From: Takakia lepidozioides
Taxonomy: Eukaryota; Plantae; Bryophyta
NCBI GenBank assembly: GCA_030704615.1
Contig: CM060732.1
Coordinates: 53,134,001-53,198,000 of the forward strand
Reading direction: 5' to 3'
DNA: 64,000 nucleotides
Shown here: positions 11,986 to 25,919 of the stretch, piece by piece
Numbering within the stretch: position 1 is the stretch's first letter
Layout: every line of letters starts with the position of its first letter
Made by a program: the position numbers and the translations under genes
The notes under the pieces: model-generated
Seen by the model: the letters and a program-made list of their open reading frames with translations, nothing else
Databases searched by the model: none
What the model was told of the DNA's origin: nothing

Positions 11986-14900
11986 CTAGTGTGAAGTCGC
12001 AACCTGGGAAGCATAAGGGTTCAACAGGCCACCAGCTTGCATGGCATCAGTGGAGTCATGGGACTCCATCAGCATCCAGTCTTCCAAAATTCCCTGCAGG
12101 ATACTACTGACTTCAGCGAGTAAAAGTGTGTAAAGCTTATGGAATGTGTTTGCAGGAGGAGGAGGGTAGAGAGCACAAGAAAGAATTGTGTGAGTGACAT
12201 GGCCTAGTCCAGTAGACTTTGGCCATAAAAATTGAGTATCCTAAAACCAGTCACAATGTCTTCAGAGCAGAAACACCAATCTCAAAAACAGAAAGAAGCA
12301 CCAATCTCAAAAACAGAAAGAAGCACCAATCTCAAAAAACAGAATGATGGTGAGTAGCAGAATACAAAAAGACTGCATCCCAGACCCAGGAGATGTTGCA
12401 GATCTTGACATAGTGAAGATTAGAAACAAGAGTAGAAAGACTACTTTAGATATGAGGCTGATGAAATTGCTGATACACAGCAAGTTTGAGCCCACAGAGA
12501 TGTAGAACTGCACCTTTCCATGCCGCAACAGCACAGGCTTCTGGCCTGTCATATCCACCACTGTTGATGGATCAGCCAATCGTACCCCTCCATCAACCAC
12601 AAAGTCAACACCCTGAAAGCATTTCAACACAAACACAGTCAATTCCAAGCATTCAAGTGGCAATAAAGCTGCCAAATTCCAGAGATTGTAGGATATGATG
12701 GCCATGGATGCTTATCTTGTGTTAAAGAGGAGTATTTGCTTGACAGGGGAAAGCTACTGAGTTCAATAGAACCAACAATTTCTTGCAAATACAACCCAGC
12801 CATGAAATCCTATGCAGGCACCAATTTGACGGTATAATCTAATTTGCAAGCTATCAGAGCAGCCACAAGTTACATACATGGTCTAATTATTTACCAAGTA
12901 TGGATCCAGAAAGAGCAGACTACTGCCATAGATACTTCTCTCAGAGACAGAAAGACACTGGATTCTCCCTGGTTTTAGTTTTCCAATCTCAGGCATCTGA
13001 TTGAACATGTCAGAGTTATCCAAATAAGTACCTCTCTGCCATTAGAAGCGCCATAAGTGTCTGCAATGATAACTGGATCCAGCATCCACTCATCCTCCTT
13101 CTGCTGTTTAACACTGCAGTCACAATCAATTTAAATTCAGTTGGTTCTATCTTTGGTCCCCACCCAGCCCAGAATTATCCTTTCCTCCCTCCATATGAGC
13201 CTGCAAGTATGGAAAGCCCAGGTACACTCCGCATGCAAATGCGTTTTGACGAGAAAATTTGTTACCTGGTACACAACAAAGGTTCATCCAATTTCTCAAG
13301 AATGGCTTGACAGATAGAATCATCTGGCATCCGAATGCCCACACTTTTACGGGGTGCACAGCTAGCTGCTGCACTCCCACCAAAACTAATGCACTGCTTC
13401 GGCATTTCCTTGCTTGCCTGTAGAATGAATGTATACTGCATGACAACAGCATCAACAACAGTCCTCTCGAAATCAGCCTCAATCACTTTAACATAAGGAT
13501 CCTGATAGAGGCACAGAATAATCCATCTCATCTGCCAAAAGTCTTCTTATATAGGTGCTAATTTAGATTTGTGACCAATCCAAGTGGTGCCAATGTCAGC
13601 CAGACTGTCAACAATGCAAAACTCCGACATTAGGACTTCAACTCCCTCACTACAGGCAGGTGCTGGGAACATGGATACGTCAATCTGAAACAGGACTCAC
13701 TCCATGTCAATTTCTTAGTCCATGCACATCATGTAAGTCTACGACATGATACTGTACACTCTAATAGGGTGCACAAACGTGTTCCCATATGACGAATTTG
13801 ATGTTGTGGCATGTAACATGACATTAACACACTTATTTCTCTGCATGACATCTGTGCAAGCCAAGGGATAGCAATTGGTTTGGATATGAAAGACAGAAAG
13901 ATCGGAAACACAAGTAGATTCAAAGACGCTAAACCTCTACAAATTACTCTTTTTTCCGTCAACTATGCGCACACAGTGACAAACTGTTGATGGAGGGGCT
14001 CAGTGTAGAAGGTACCAAGATACATACTGGTCCAGGGAGGCATTGACGAGCAGCACGGAAAATGTTGGTTTGGCCATGGCTGTTTCCGCGTGGAAAACCC
14101 ATCGTATATGTGTCAACGTCTTGAAATGACCGGCACAAGATACTCAATGGCTGTCACATGACATGTACTACCATGAGTGGAATTCTCCAACAGATAACTC
14201 GAAAAAAGAAATACCAAGCTTCAAAGCTTGGACTTGAGACCTCCATTCACAGTTCTTGCATCGATCCACCAGTAACATAGAGAACAGGAAAAGAAGGTAA
14301 AAAGTAACATTGCTCTTGGTTCCAATCATGGAGCTGATGTTCACCCAGTGGACCATGCCTCAGTGATGTGCAACCAGTGGATGTTGATGAACAAGCATAG
14401 AAAAACCTAGTCCCTATGTCAGAAAATTATTGAACGAATGACCAGACATATCGAGAATCATTCAGAAGCATAAATCTAGTTTATGCACGGGATCCACCTT
14501 ATTTGTAAAAGGCCAACAAAAAAGACTGTCATCCTCTAGATAGTTCTTTTGGTTGCAGTGAAAGTCAACCTCCAGTGGCTAGACCTTCATTGCTGTGGAA
14601 CAGCATGAACCAAAATTGGTGAGATAGATCTACCTTTTTTTGGTCCATGTGTTTGATTCTGCAAAGCAACATCAAAGAGTCAGATGGAAACAAAAGCCTC
14701 TCATAAGTGAGCAACAATATGTAAACATACACAGCATGTGTTCAAAAGCAATGATACACAAATTTTTTTGAGTATAAAATACGCAAAAAGGAACTTTGTG
14801 ACATCCACGACAACCCCAAAGACCTTATGGGACATCACAGCCTCACCAAGAAACCAGGCCTCAATTGATACACAAAGAGAGAGAGAGAGAGAAAGAGAAA

Positions 14901-17076
14901 GAGAAAGAACCTATATAACATCCAGAGGGGGAGAGAAATGAGATGGTGCTCTACACCGTCCTCGGAAAGCTCAAAGAGCTTATGGGACAAGAGAGAAAGA
15001 AACAAGAAAGAGAGAGGGGCCTTCCACATGCAGGCCAAAAGCAACGATTGCTCAAGGGCTTGTCTAAGAGTCATTCCTAATCCTCGTAATGGAAGACCTC
15101 TGTGAGAGATTGGGTATCATAAAATAGACAATTGAATCTATCCCAGATCTCATAAGCAAAAGGGCAGTGAAAGAAGAAATGTTCACTATGGGAGCCCTAC
15201 CTGGACCTCCCCAATGCCCTTAGAAGAGAGGGAGATAAAGCTGCAGACAGGTAAGATTCTATCCTCACGGAGGACCAAGAATGTCTCCCAATAGAACTGC
15301 AGTTTTGTAGTAAGATTGGCTGGTTTCCATGTCTGCCTGACTTGGAGTTCCAGAAGTTCTCGTCTGATGCATCTATTGCGGTCCTGCTTGGACGCAATTT
15401 CTATCCCCTACATATTTTGAGGCAGGGCAAGGGAAGCAACGGAGAGTCCGTTCCGCTCAAGAAAGTTGGGCACCCATGCCAGGAGGTCTTCAAAACAATT
15501 TTGAGCCTGATAGATGTTGGGAGGGTCCAGGCTGTCACCCCTTTGGGTGGAAGGGCTTGTAAGAAGGATTGTAAGCCGGAAGATGGCCTTGGTTTGAAGC
15601 GGTGTGCATGCAAATTGAACACATAAAATTTGTGATGGTGTTGTACCTCTAGCTCCAACCATTCCTAGGAGGAAAGACAATTGCAGTGGTTTGCCAAGGT
15701 TGTGATTGCCCTTTCCTTGCAACAGAAAAGATAAAAGCGGAAGAAGTAAAACTTCTGAAATGTTAACACAAGAGGTGGTATGAATGTTGAAAGAAGGTGC
15801 ACACCTGTACAAGCGCTCTATGGCCGCTCTGTTCTTGAGATCACATACAATGGCATATCTGTGGTCAATATCACACAATTGATTGTTACACCTGGCCAGA
15901 ATGTATGCTTTGGTGAACATGCTTATCCCTTGAATCTCTCTTAACTCCTTTGAAAAGTAGTCCTTCCCTTTCTACTTGTGTCTCTTGGCCCCTCTGGACT
16001 TCTGGCTGATGTCATTTCTTTCTTCCTTTGGCAATGCTTATGAATAGTTAATCTGCTTACTGAGATTTCATATGAACAAAGTAGATGGTTGTTGATGTGA
16101 AATAAGCGATATCCTTGATTTCAAATCAGAATTCCCTTTCCAACCTGAGAAAAACTTCTCTCCAACTAACCTTTAGTAGTACAACTCCATCTGAAGTAGT
16201 AAAATCCAACACTTGTCCCCCTGCAATTGACTAGAGAGTGTAGGTGCTTACTAAGATGGAAGAAAGGTGAACGGAAAGAAAGAGGGTGGCATACACAGTA
16301 TCAGTCGGGATAACTCCAACAGCTCCACTCTTTATTAGCTCGACAATTTGATCCAATTTCCAAGCATCTGAGAGGGATGGATCAACTTGCACTGTCTCCA
16401 CCTCCGATTCCTGTCACCAAAGTGCCTCATCAAGTATTTCCATCATATCCCTTGCTTTCTATGTGTTTGAACTGCTACAGAACATATTAAGAAACTTCTG
16501 CACTAGAATGCTAGTTAAATTCCTCTGCTGCACTACTTATCCTCATTTGGATATTGCAGATGTCTTATTGCCAAAAAGCCTGAAGCTGGATGCCCTTCAG
16601 GTGGCAGGTCCTCATAGAAGAACAATTCCAAATCAAATAAATTTGTTTCACTGTGATTCATTGAAGGTCAGCCACATCGATGCAGATGAGTAAAACAAAT
16701 GAGTAAGGTGTTTCATCTAGCAATTGCGATAGATCAGCACCAAAAGAAGAAAGGCACGTGAGCGACATACCTTACGAGTTCCGGCACCAGAGTACTTCAA
16801 ACGCTTGGGACTCCGCTTCACCACAGCTTTTATAACCAAATCTACTTTCCGGCCATCGTCCACACTTAAATTCACTCGCTGATACGATGAAATTATGTTC
16901 GTCAGATAAAGGCCGCAGCTCATGGAGTCGCGAAAGCTGCATCTAGTAACCAGTCTGCCATCCCCCTTCAGTGAAGGAGACGAACAAGAGATGACGCAGA
17001 GAGGCCGGCCTGAAGTCGAAGGCGGAGAGCAGTACAGGCTTGAGAGAGCCATCCTACTAATAATTGCAAAAGCCAT
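11986..17076 (-). CDS. YrdC/Sua5 (YciO-like) family protein with probable plastid transit peptide; 9 exons
   Basis: GT-AG exons in consistent phase: 17076-16771, 16410-16295, 15858-15805, 14658-14634, 14150-14028, 13435-13266, 13113-13032, 12612-12514, 12093-11986. Motifs GAVGVIPTDTVYAIVCD, KPLSILC, LPGPYTFIL, RKSVGIRMPD, VVDGG..PSTVVDMT. Ser-rich N-terminus. Confidence 0.92.
14915..15725 (-). mobile_element. Degenerate LINE-related repeat in a YrdC intron
   Basis: 14930-15070 is similar to 51645-51790. The minus strand (IWDRFNCLF-like stretch) resembles the LINE 3' regions at 57660-57720 and 58110-58175. Confidence 0.45.
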
Positions 17077-20000
17077 ACACCATTCAATTCTTCCGCTTCA
17101 AAATACTCATACTCACTTTATCGCACATCTCCGTAGCAAAGCGAGGCTGATGAGACGATTTTGGAAGTAAGTGAGATTAAGCACCGGACTGTAATGGATA
17201 TGTCCCGGGCTATCCTATCACTCCAAGTATTGAACCATTTAATATCACTTTTAGTGTTGTTTTTTGACAGGTAGCCCTACCTTTTTTGTGACAGGTTAAT
17301 TTTTTTTTTGATTTTCACTTTGACAGACAACTTTCAGAAAATGCCTTTCACATGACAGGTTGACAAGATTTTGACCTTTCACACAACCATGTCATACGAA
17401 ATAAAAAATAAAAAATGAAAAGAAGTGTGTAGTTTGAAGTGTGAACTTCTTACACATCTTTGGGGGCTCAATCACTTAGACTATGTTGCTTGCTGGACCT
17501 TGGAAGACCTTGGATCATGCGCACCACACCTATGAAAGTGCAAATTGCTGGAGTCCTAATTATAAGTGCCCGTCACAATGTGTCCAACAGAGCAAGGGAC
17601 TTGGACAACCAGTCTTTACATGCAGACGAGGCTCCCAATAGCTGCATCCCCAAACTACTACTAGATCGTTGTGAACTTAAGGCCCAAGTGCCTGTTTCTT
17701 GAAGTAAATCTTGAGCGCTAGATGACTAAAGTTGCCATTTCACAACCCGGAGCAGTATATGAGAACTAGTGTTGTCTGCCTTGGCGAACCTTAAAATTTT
17801 AAAATGGAATATTTTCCATGGATGAAATCGCCAAACAGAGGATGATATAAATGGATGAAAGTACATAGGAGGATGATTCTATCCAAATTTCAATGGATGA
17901 ACAGAATATATACCTATTTCTTGTAAAACTTAATAGCCACTCGTGCTATTTTTCAAATTTAAGAAAAAAATCACCGATGAGAACGCTTCAAAGATCAAAA
18001 TCATCGAAATTTAGCTAGCTAATCTTGGGATTGTATTCTTCCAATAAACAGAAATGACGTGCTCGAGCGTGTAACCACAGCAGCTAGAGTCAAATACATA
18101 TTGCAAAACAATGGTCAGGACATCACCTGAAACGTGGGTAAGTTAGCACTGTTAAGGTTTATGATAAAGATCTACGAGCTCTACTCATGGGCTGTAGCTT
18201 TCATTGAAGGTAGAACCCAAGACCCCCTGAAGAGTAAGCCAACCTAGAGGCCTGCATGCAACACGCAACTGACAGCCCACAATTCAGGCCCTTGAGGAGG
18301 GGGAAAAATTAACCCCCTTTCATTTATGGGCCATGGAGGCACAACGGACGATACGCCACAAACAATCCCCACAGGGAGCAGGGCAGCGGCTTTGAACCTT
18401 GGACCACCAAGGCGACGCATTGTGCACTTAACTTACCAGCCGATGTGCTTGTACATTTCCTTTGTAATTTTTACCTTTCTTTTGACAGGCCATTTTCTTT
18501 TTTGCCTTTCACTGTGACAGGCAATTTTTTGTTTTTTCCTTTCTTTTGAAAAGGCCGTTTTTTTTTTTGCCTGTTTTTGCCTGTCAAATGCCTTGTGACA
18601 GGTGCAAAAATCAGCGCAAGTTGCATGGCGACGAGACTGGAAGGGGAGGAGTAACGGACATGGCGTCTTTTTGCAGCTTAGCGATACTTCCTTCCTCATC
18701 ATGGCTCTCACCCTGCCACTGCCTACCCCTTGCATCTACTCACGCAGCTACAAGCTTGTCTGCAAAGACGTCCCTGCAAACACTCCCAGGTTTGTTCGTC
18801 AGTCGCTGTTGGGCACGCATTGATTACAGAGACTTGGACGGGCCCTAAAAGTTTGAGGTTGACTTGGGAATTCATCGATGGCCAACTGTTTGTGCTCACT
18901 TCCTTCAGTCGGAGCTTTGAGTGCAAAAAAATTTAGAACTATGTAGAGGTGTGGAGTGTCTGGAGGTTGCAACTTGAGCCATGATGCCTGTGAAGGTAAT
19001 GTTGAGCAGATGCGGACAGCGAGGAGCAGGGGCGACTGCCCAAAACCATCGGTCGCCGAGTTGTGCTGTGGAGCGGATCGGTGGCAGCATTTGCATCCAC
19101 TGTTGGTAGTGGGAATGTTGCACTGGCTGATGTAAAAATTGCGCTGTCCAATATTCAGGCTGCACCTGTCCCATGCCCTGGTAAGCTTGAAGCACATGTG
19201 AGGAAAAAATACAATGTGTGAAGTCTTTGGTGAAGAATCCTGCGCTTGATCTGGAATTCCTTGCGTTGGAATTGTTCATCACTCGATCAGAGAATTTCCG
19301 GGAGGTGTTCTATGAGGTACTTGGTGAAATGCCATATTTCACAAATTTCACATAGGGCAGTAAGTATTTGGTCTTGATAGCCTGCGCATTTGCATGTGAA
19401 TCTGTGAAGTGCTGGTGTAGTTACACTCTACAGTTAACTGAGGGCATTGCCAATTTCTGCTCCGCGCGGCATTTGTATTTTTGCCCCAGTATTGATCGTG
19501 TGAAGAATTTAAGAGCAAATTCTAATCCGTACCAGCGGTTTTAGACAGCCTGAGATCATCAGATGCGACTTCATACACAATTCTCACAGGAGAAGTGTGG
19601 AAATCCTGGGGTTTTAATATTATCTCCAGGGGTTCTGCCCATGATGATTGGACCATGTTTTGCTGTGCAGCCACATGATCACCTGGGGTGCTATGACCCT
19701 ATGTGTGAGCAGATCCTGTCTAGTGTGTGGAATAGATATTGGTAGTTTGAACCAAGTATTAGGAAAAGGTATGTTGTGAGAATCCAGGTAGACCCTTAAT
19801 GTTCCCCACACTCAGTCATGGGTATCTATCTGTTCATGGAGAGGGGTTGGTTATTTTGCAGGATATATTTGGCAGGGTCTATGATGCTCAAGGGGAACCT
19901 GCTTTGGACACTGTGAGTTGCCAATCGTTTCTGGGAGAATAAAGAGATGGACACATAGGGAAGGTAGGATTTGCACATTACTTAGTTCGGTGCTCTGAGT

Positions 20001-21569
20001 TTGTTGTTTTTTACTAGCCTCTTCCTCAAAGCTTCGTACAGATAGCCAGTGGTTAGGTACTGTGGCCAAAAAGTAGATGGTAGCCATGGCTGTGGACATT
20101 GCTTACCGAATTGGGATGTAGGCAATCCAAGTCTTCAAGGGTCAAGCTGGCTCTGGCAGGTATCATTCAGCTTTCGGATAGGCACAGTTTTGATCTAAAA
20201 GTTTTCTGGTGATGGGTTTGGGGAGCACAGGTTGAAAACCTTTGAATTGACACTCTTGCTGAAGTTCCACCCGGCATAAGCAAGGTCAGAGGTTGCCCCT
20301 ATACTTGGATGCAGGAAAATGCCCCCCCTTCTCTGTTCCGTCTCTCTATAGCACACCTGCCACTAGATTAACATGCAAACTAGGGATGCCCACCTGTGCA
20401 CAATAAATGTGGCCTCTGCTGGGAGAAAGAGAACCACTACATTGCATCTGTGGGCATGATGGTGAGGACATGGAAAACATTCTGATTCCGTCTAATAAGG
20501 GCTTCAGCCACATGGAGACTTTTGAGAGATGTCTCTTTATTCAGTTTGAGAGCCTTGCGACAATGTCAAATTCTCTGGCCCTTTCTGGGTCACGTTTCTC
20601 TGAATGTGTGCATCGAAGGAGCGAGATTTTTGCAATAATCTGGGAACAACGTTCATACTAGTGAATTCCTATACTTGAATGAGCCTTCTGCGATGGTAGT
20701 GGCCCCCCATTCTGTTCTGTCCTTCCCCCATGTCCTACTCTGAACCAGGCCTGTTACCATCCTGTGCAAGCAAAGTCTGATGAGTACGTAGTTTTCATTG
20801 ATACTTGCACTTCCCACTGAGTGTTGATCAGATAGAGTAATGATTGCAAGGCATTTGCTGTGTTCAGCTTAAGCTACACGAATTACAGGTGAGGGTTGTC
20901 AGTCAACTGGAATGAGTATTATTCCACAGCATCATTGGCTCCAAGGCTACAGCTGCAATGGCAAAATATCACACTTATGAGTGCATTTGTCTGTGTCTCT
21001 CAGTCCTGGAATGGACCTTCTGAGTATGATGTAGCTAGTTATTGGTTGCCATCCGCCAGGGTCGAATGCACTCCATGCTGAGTATTATACCCTGTGGGAA
21101 ATGGTCAATGCATACATTTCTCATTGCTTTCAATCCAGAAGAGTTTCTGCAGTGCAGCACCGTTCACAGTTTCAGTTTAGAATGTGTTATGTCATAAAAA
21201 TCACTCGAGTTCCATGGCCTTGATGGACTGTAGGTGAGCTTCCAAATCACAGTGAATGAAGGCCAAGCAAAGCTGGGCCCGCTGCAGCTCAAGAATTTCA
21301 AGGCAACAGGTTACCTGGGCAAGGTCAACAACCGACAGGTCTGATTGGAATCCTTCCTGCTGTGCTTTCCTAGTGGGCAGCAACATTGTTGATCCCAGTT
21401 CCTTGCTAAATTGGTGTCATTCATCTAGCTCAACTGCTTCATGGACATCAGAACTCTGTCTACAAAACCTTCCCATGACTAAGATGATAAGAGGAAGACA
21501 TGCAGAAAAAGAGAGACTCCTGGAATGCTTGTTATGAAATGTTGCAGGAACTTTGAATTCTAGCTGCCA

Positions 21570-21766
21570 CATACAGCTCACAAATAACTTGCTGATTCCA
21601 TTCATTCCTGTAGTTCATCAACCCATATCCCTATCGGACTAACTATGTCTGATAAAGCCTGACGGGCATACAGCTCACAAATAACTTGCTGATTCCATTC
21701 ATTCCTGGAGTTCATCAACCCATATCCCTATCGGACTAGCTATGTCTGATAAAGCCTGACGGGCAT
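21570..21766. repeat. Tandem duplication, 2 x 97 bp
   Basis: CATACAGCTCACAAATAACTTGCTG...GCCTGACGGG starts at 21570 and again at 21667, nearly identical. Confidence 0.9.
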
Positions 21767-22581
21767 TGTGGACTGGTTTTGTTTCGTTTTGCAGGGGACG
21801 GGGCGTTTGGATGACATGGATTTTAGCGAGATTGATGAAGATTATGTTCCCTAGCTCCACGGTTTTGTTGCCTACCCTGCTGGATTCTTTTTGCAGCAAT
21901 ATATAACCACGTTATTTGTGCTTGGCATGAGATCCTGACCAAATCTGCAAAGACTTGCAGGGTCACTATGCCACCCAAGAGACTTTAGAAAGCACTCTCC
22001 TTGTTGTATGCAGCAACCCCCCCGGGAGCAGGATTTTATCCCAGGAGTGACACAATGGGCACTATCCAACTGAGCTACTGGCTGCTTGTAGGGCCTTTTA
22101 TTTATACCAAGGAAAACAGCATATGACGAATGGCACGTGGCGGTTGCCAATCACCCAGTGAGCCTTCTCGCACCTTTCGCCCACGCGGTCCTCTTTTGCT
22201 ATGGAGATTCCGCACATATCCCAGCTGCGAAGCTGTTGGACGTCGTACATCTCCACACCTCTGGTCCAACCCATACTAAGACAATATCGGAAGAGTTGGG
22301 TTTTTATTTTGTTACGCAAGTTCACGAAACTTGCTCGAGTACAGACCTCGCATTGGATGGATGATGCAGAGTGGAATCCCTAGATGCGGTGGTAGGATGT
22401 TCCCTGATTTCGGTGGAGGTTTGGTATTAGTACAAGGTCTGTAAGGCTCTGTGGGGAGGAGATACAATCGCAGGAATCAAAGCGTCTTCCTCAAGCACAA
22501 CTCACAGAATAACTGCAGAGGTTTGCTACTACTAGGTCTTTGGTAGACACACCTAAGATCTGCAATTCTTTGGAGAAAAGG

Positions 22582-22919
22582 ATGTCGGGCATGCTGGTGG
22601 ATTGCACTAATTGCCACACGCCGCTGCAATGCACGCCAGGGCTATTAGATGCGCTCTCTGTCAAGCAATCACACATATTAGTGAATCTCGGTCTGTGTTT
22701 CCTGCACCTGGACATCAACATAGCCTGTCCACACCGCCAAATCCTTCACAGTTCACTCCAGAACTTCCAAATTACCATGGATCCAAGAAGGCTGTGATCT
22801 GTGGCATCAATTACAGATACTCGAGCTGCTCAAAGGATGCATCAATGATGCCAACTGCATGAAATATTTGCTTACATCCAGATTCCAATTTCCTGAGGCT
22901 TCTATCCTAATGCTGACGG
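22582..22919 (+). pseudogene. Isolated, frameshifted first exon of a type I metacaspase (LSD1-type zinc finger plus start of p20 domain)
   Basis: Across shifting frames: MLVDCTNCHTPLQ / ARAIRCALCQAITHI / HGSKKAVICGINYRYS / LKGCINDANCMKYLLTSRFQFPEASILMLT, then a GTATGT donor. No downstream metacaspase exons recognised. Confidence 0.85.
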
Positions 22920-25919
22920 GTATGTCTACGTTTACATCTATATGCACTGTCCATATGGATGGTGTCAATGGCTTCAAGGCCAGTGAAAGCAAAGTCCAAA
23001 TGTCTCTTCCTGAAGGCATGTCTAGACCAACTCGTGGATCAATCTGGAAACAAAAGATCTCAAGGAAAAGTGATAAGGGCACTCCATTAGTGCTTGAGGT
23101 GGGAGCAAAGGTGGTTTAAGGGCAGAGAAGGTTGCTAACAAGGGTGTGGATTTTGCAAAAATGAGTGCAGGATGATCAAACTTTAACAGCTGTCCATCAA
23201 TGCAAAACCGGGGCTCATTATTAAGGCCAGCAGAGCTCAACGCATTGAGTTCAATACAACACAGCAGAGGATTTGGAGAGGAGAAAATTACGACGAGTGA
23301 AGTGTTCGATGAAGATTTTCTTAACCTTCAAGCGTACATAATCATTACTACTAAAAATGCGCATAAACAAAAGCTTGTGTGCCTCCAAACCATGGGTCCA
23401 CATGTGTGTCTTCTGTGCATGCCAAACATTGATACAGAAACAGAGAGCCTGAGTTAAAAAATGTAGGTTGCGTATCAAAACATGCATTGCTTCACTTTTG
23501 CTCATTAAATATGCAGGTATGCAGGCCTGAGATGGTATAACGAATTTGTTTTGAGAGAGCCATATGTACACACGGAGGAGAAAACACAAGATTCATGTGG
23601 AGCCATTCTGATCAGTATGTGATGTCGATGTCTGACCATAATGAAAATGCAGCACAGATAATTAATATATGAAGCAAGGCAGTTCGTCTGTTTTGTTTTG
23701 TAGTGTTGAGATGTCCCAAACCGCGGGGGCCCAGCCCTGGTGCTTGGTACCGTTGGAAAGCCCTCGATGAGGAGGGGTGCACCCGCTTGGTCTCATGATT
23801 TTTGGCCCAGCGGTGTGGGACATGTGGAATTTCAAGTATTTCCAATTTCCTTCTTACACCCATTCATGAGCGCCCTATCAGCTCTCGGTTGTTATTGTAG
23901 CTTTGCTGTCAAGAGTGGATGAGACATTTTGCGAAATTAGGAGCTCTAATATTCTGCAATCAATTGTAATCCCATAGTTTATGCTGTGTTCTATGGTCGT
24001 CTTGCTGTGCTTCCTTAATCATGGACATGTAGTGGACACTGCTTGTTTGACCAGCCATGGATCGGTGCGTGTGAAGGTTGCAATAGTCCATGGCTTTGTT
24101 GTGCAAGAGAAGCCTCTGAAACAGACAAACACTTGCACTTTTTTTCTGTTTGCAGGATCAACATACATATCATCCTCTCAGAGGTACACATTTATTGCCC
24201 AAGTGAGCCTTATGGGACGTTCTCCTTTGTTTGCAGAAGAGACAACTGAAATTAGATCTAACCCACAGCTCAGAGCTAGCCTCAGCTGGTCGCTTGACAT
24301 TACCTGTCATGAAAGCTCTCAGTGGTTTCTGGCCTGGCAATGTAATCTTGTCTCTGAAAAACCCTCCGAGTTGAGTGGGATTCAAATTTGACCAATGCCA
24401 TTAGGTTTTCTGGCTCCTTTGCTGAGACTAAAAGTTTGACCTCAAAGAAAACATATTAACTGCGTTGAAATAAGTACATGATAGGAAACGGCTCCTACTT
24501 AGCCTTTAATTCTCTGTTTCGTGAACAGTGAAATAATCGGATCATTACCTAGGCTGTCTCTGAAACTATCACAAGCTCACACCAAATGCTATTCTTTTTT
24601 TGATAACTACCATATCATATGTATACATATGTAACATGATTCGGCGGAGATTAATGATGATACTTGTACAGAGTTAAGTCTGAAGTCTGATTCAGTTCTC
24701 TATCTGACCCATTCCGGGTGTCCAGAAGCATCTGATTGGAGTCAGTTGTTCGCCTGTAGACTACTGGTATTTCTTTCAAATAGGTCTATGCACAACTGCA
24801 TTTCAGATGCTTGCTTTTCAGCAAAAATTGAATCACTTTGGATCCCTGCTGACGATGTCCAATATGGTCCGATATATTCAGTACATAGGATTGTAGGCAT
24901 TGTTTTAGATAAGTAGTTTTCAGCAGTTGTAACAAGAGCAGCTAGGTATTATTGCAGATAACTGGATAATACTTCATCTCTTTCAAGTTCAAATGCACTT
25001 CCCAAGCAGTTCTCAAATTCGGATTAAAGTTTCCACGCATGTACCCTGACAGGACCATGGATGGCTCAGGGAGGTTTAGAACTACTTATTAGTATCCAGC
25101 TGGAACTATAGATGTATGATAGGTAAGTGTATACATGTACAGATAGCCTCCATGGCCTACATTCGAGAAGGGACATCTCCACTGGAGCTTGGGAGAAGTC
25201 AAGAGGTTTTGCCAGGGGGCCACCAGGGTAACCGCCCAAACCCTGACAACATCTAGGGAATTCCAAATAGGCCTTGATGTGAAATGCATCGCAATTCACT
25301 TGATCACCCCCCTAAAAGTGCGCAATTCAATTGAATTGCAAAAACCAGCTTGAAAAGAACCCTAATTTGCAATTCAATTGAATTGTCGGTACACAATTGA
25401 ATTGAATTGTGAATTCACAATTCAATTGAATTGCCAATTGACAATTCAATTGAATTGCCAATTGACAATTCAATTGAATTGTCAACTCGCAATTCAATTG
25501 AATTGCAAACTATAAATTTTTACGGATTTTTGTATATAACGTATATAATATATATATATGTATATGTATATGTATATGTATATTCATCGTATATACATAC
25601 ACATATGAGAGTATAAGCTGAATATACAACTATTCCTGCTGCCCGTCCAGGAATGGGACAGGGGAATTGACAGTGCGTACTACGAATGGAGCCATGGTAT
25701 TTATTGACATATTTGAATTTGTTTCTAGAGTCTTGTGAGCAGGGAAGTGAGGACCCGGGACAGTGCAGCTGATCCAAAGTTTTCGGTGGATTCTAAAGTA
25801 GTTGTGTTTTTCTTAGTTGGTCTTAGGCTTGGATTTTGTTCGGCCTTCCGCAATTTTGATCGGAAGAAACTACTTCATTCTCGTAGCGAAATCCCCCATC
25901 ACCTTCCAAATCGGGGAGA

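Noticed and set aside
21795-22390. Possible fatty-acid desaturase fragment
   Set aside because: Only a faint resemblance; no His boxes recovered and stops in all frames.
25227-25245. GGTAACCGCCCAAACCCTG resembles the hAT TIR end
   Set aside because: No partner TIR or 8-bp TSD was found, and the surrounding sequence aligns better with the SINE-like repeat.
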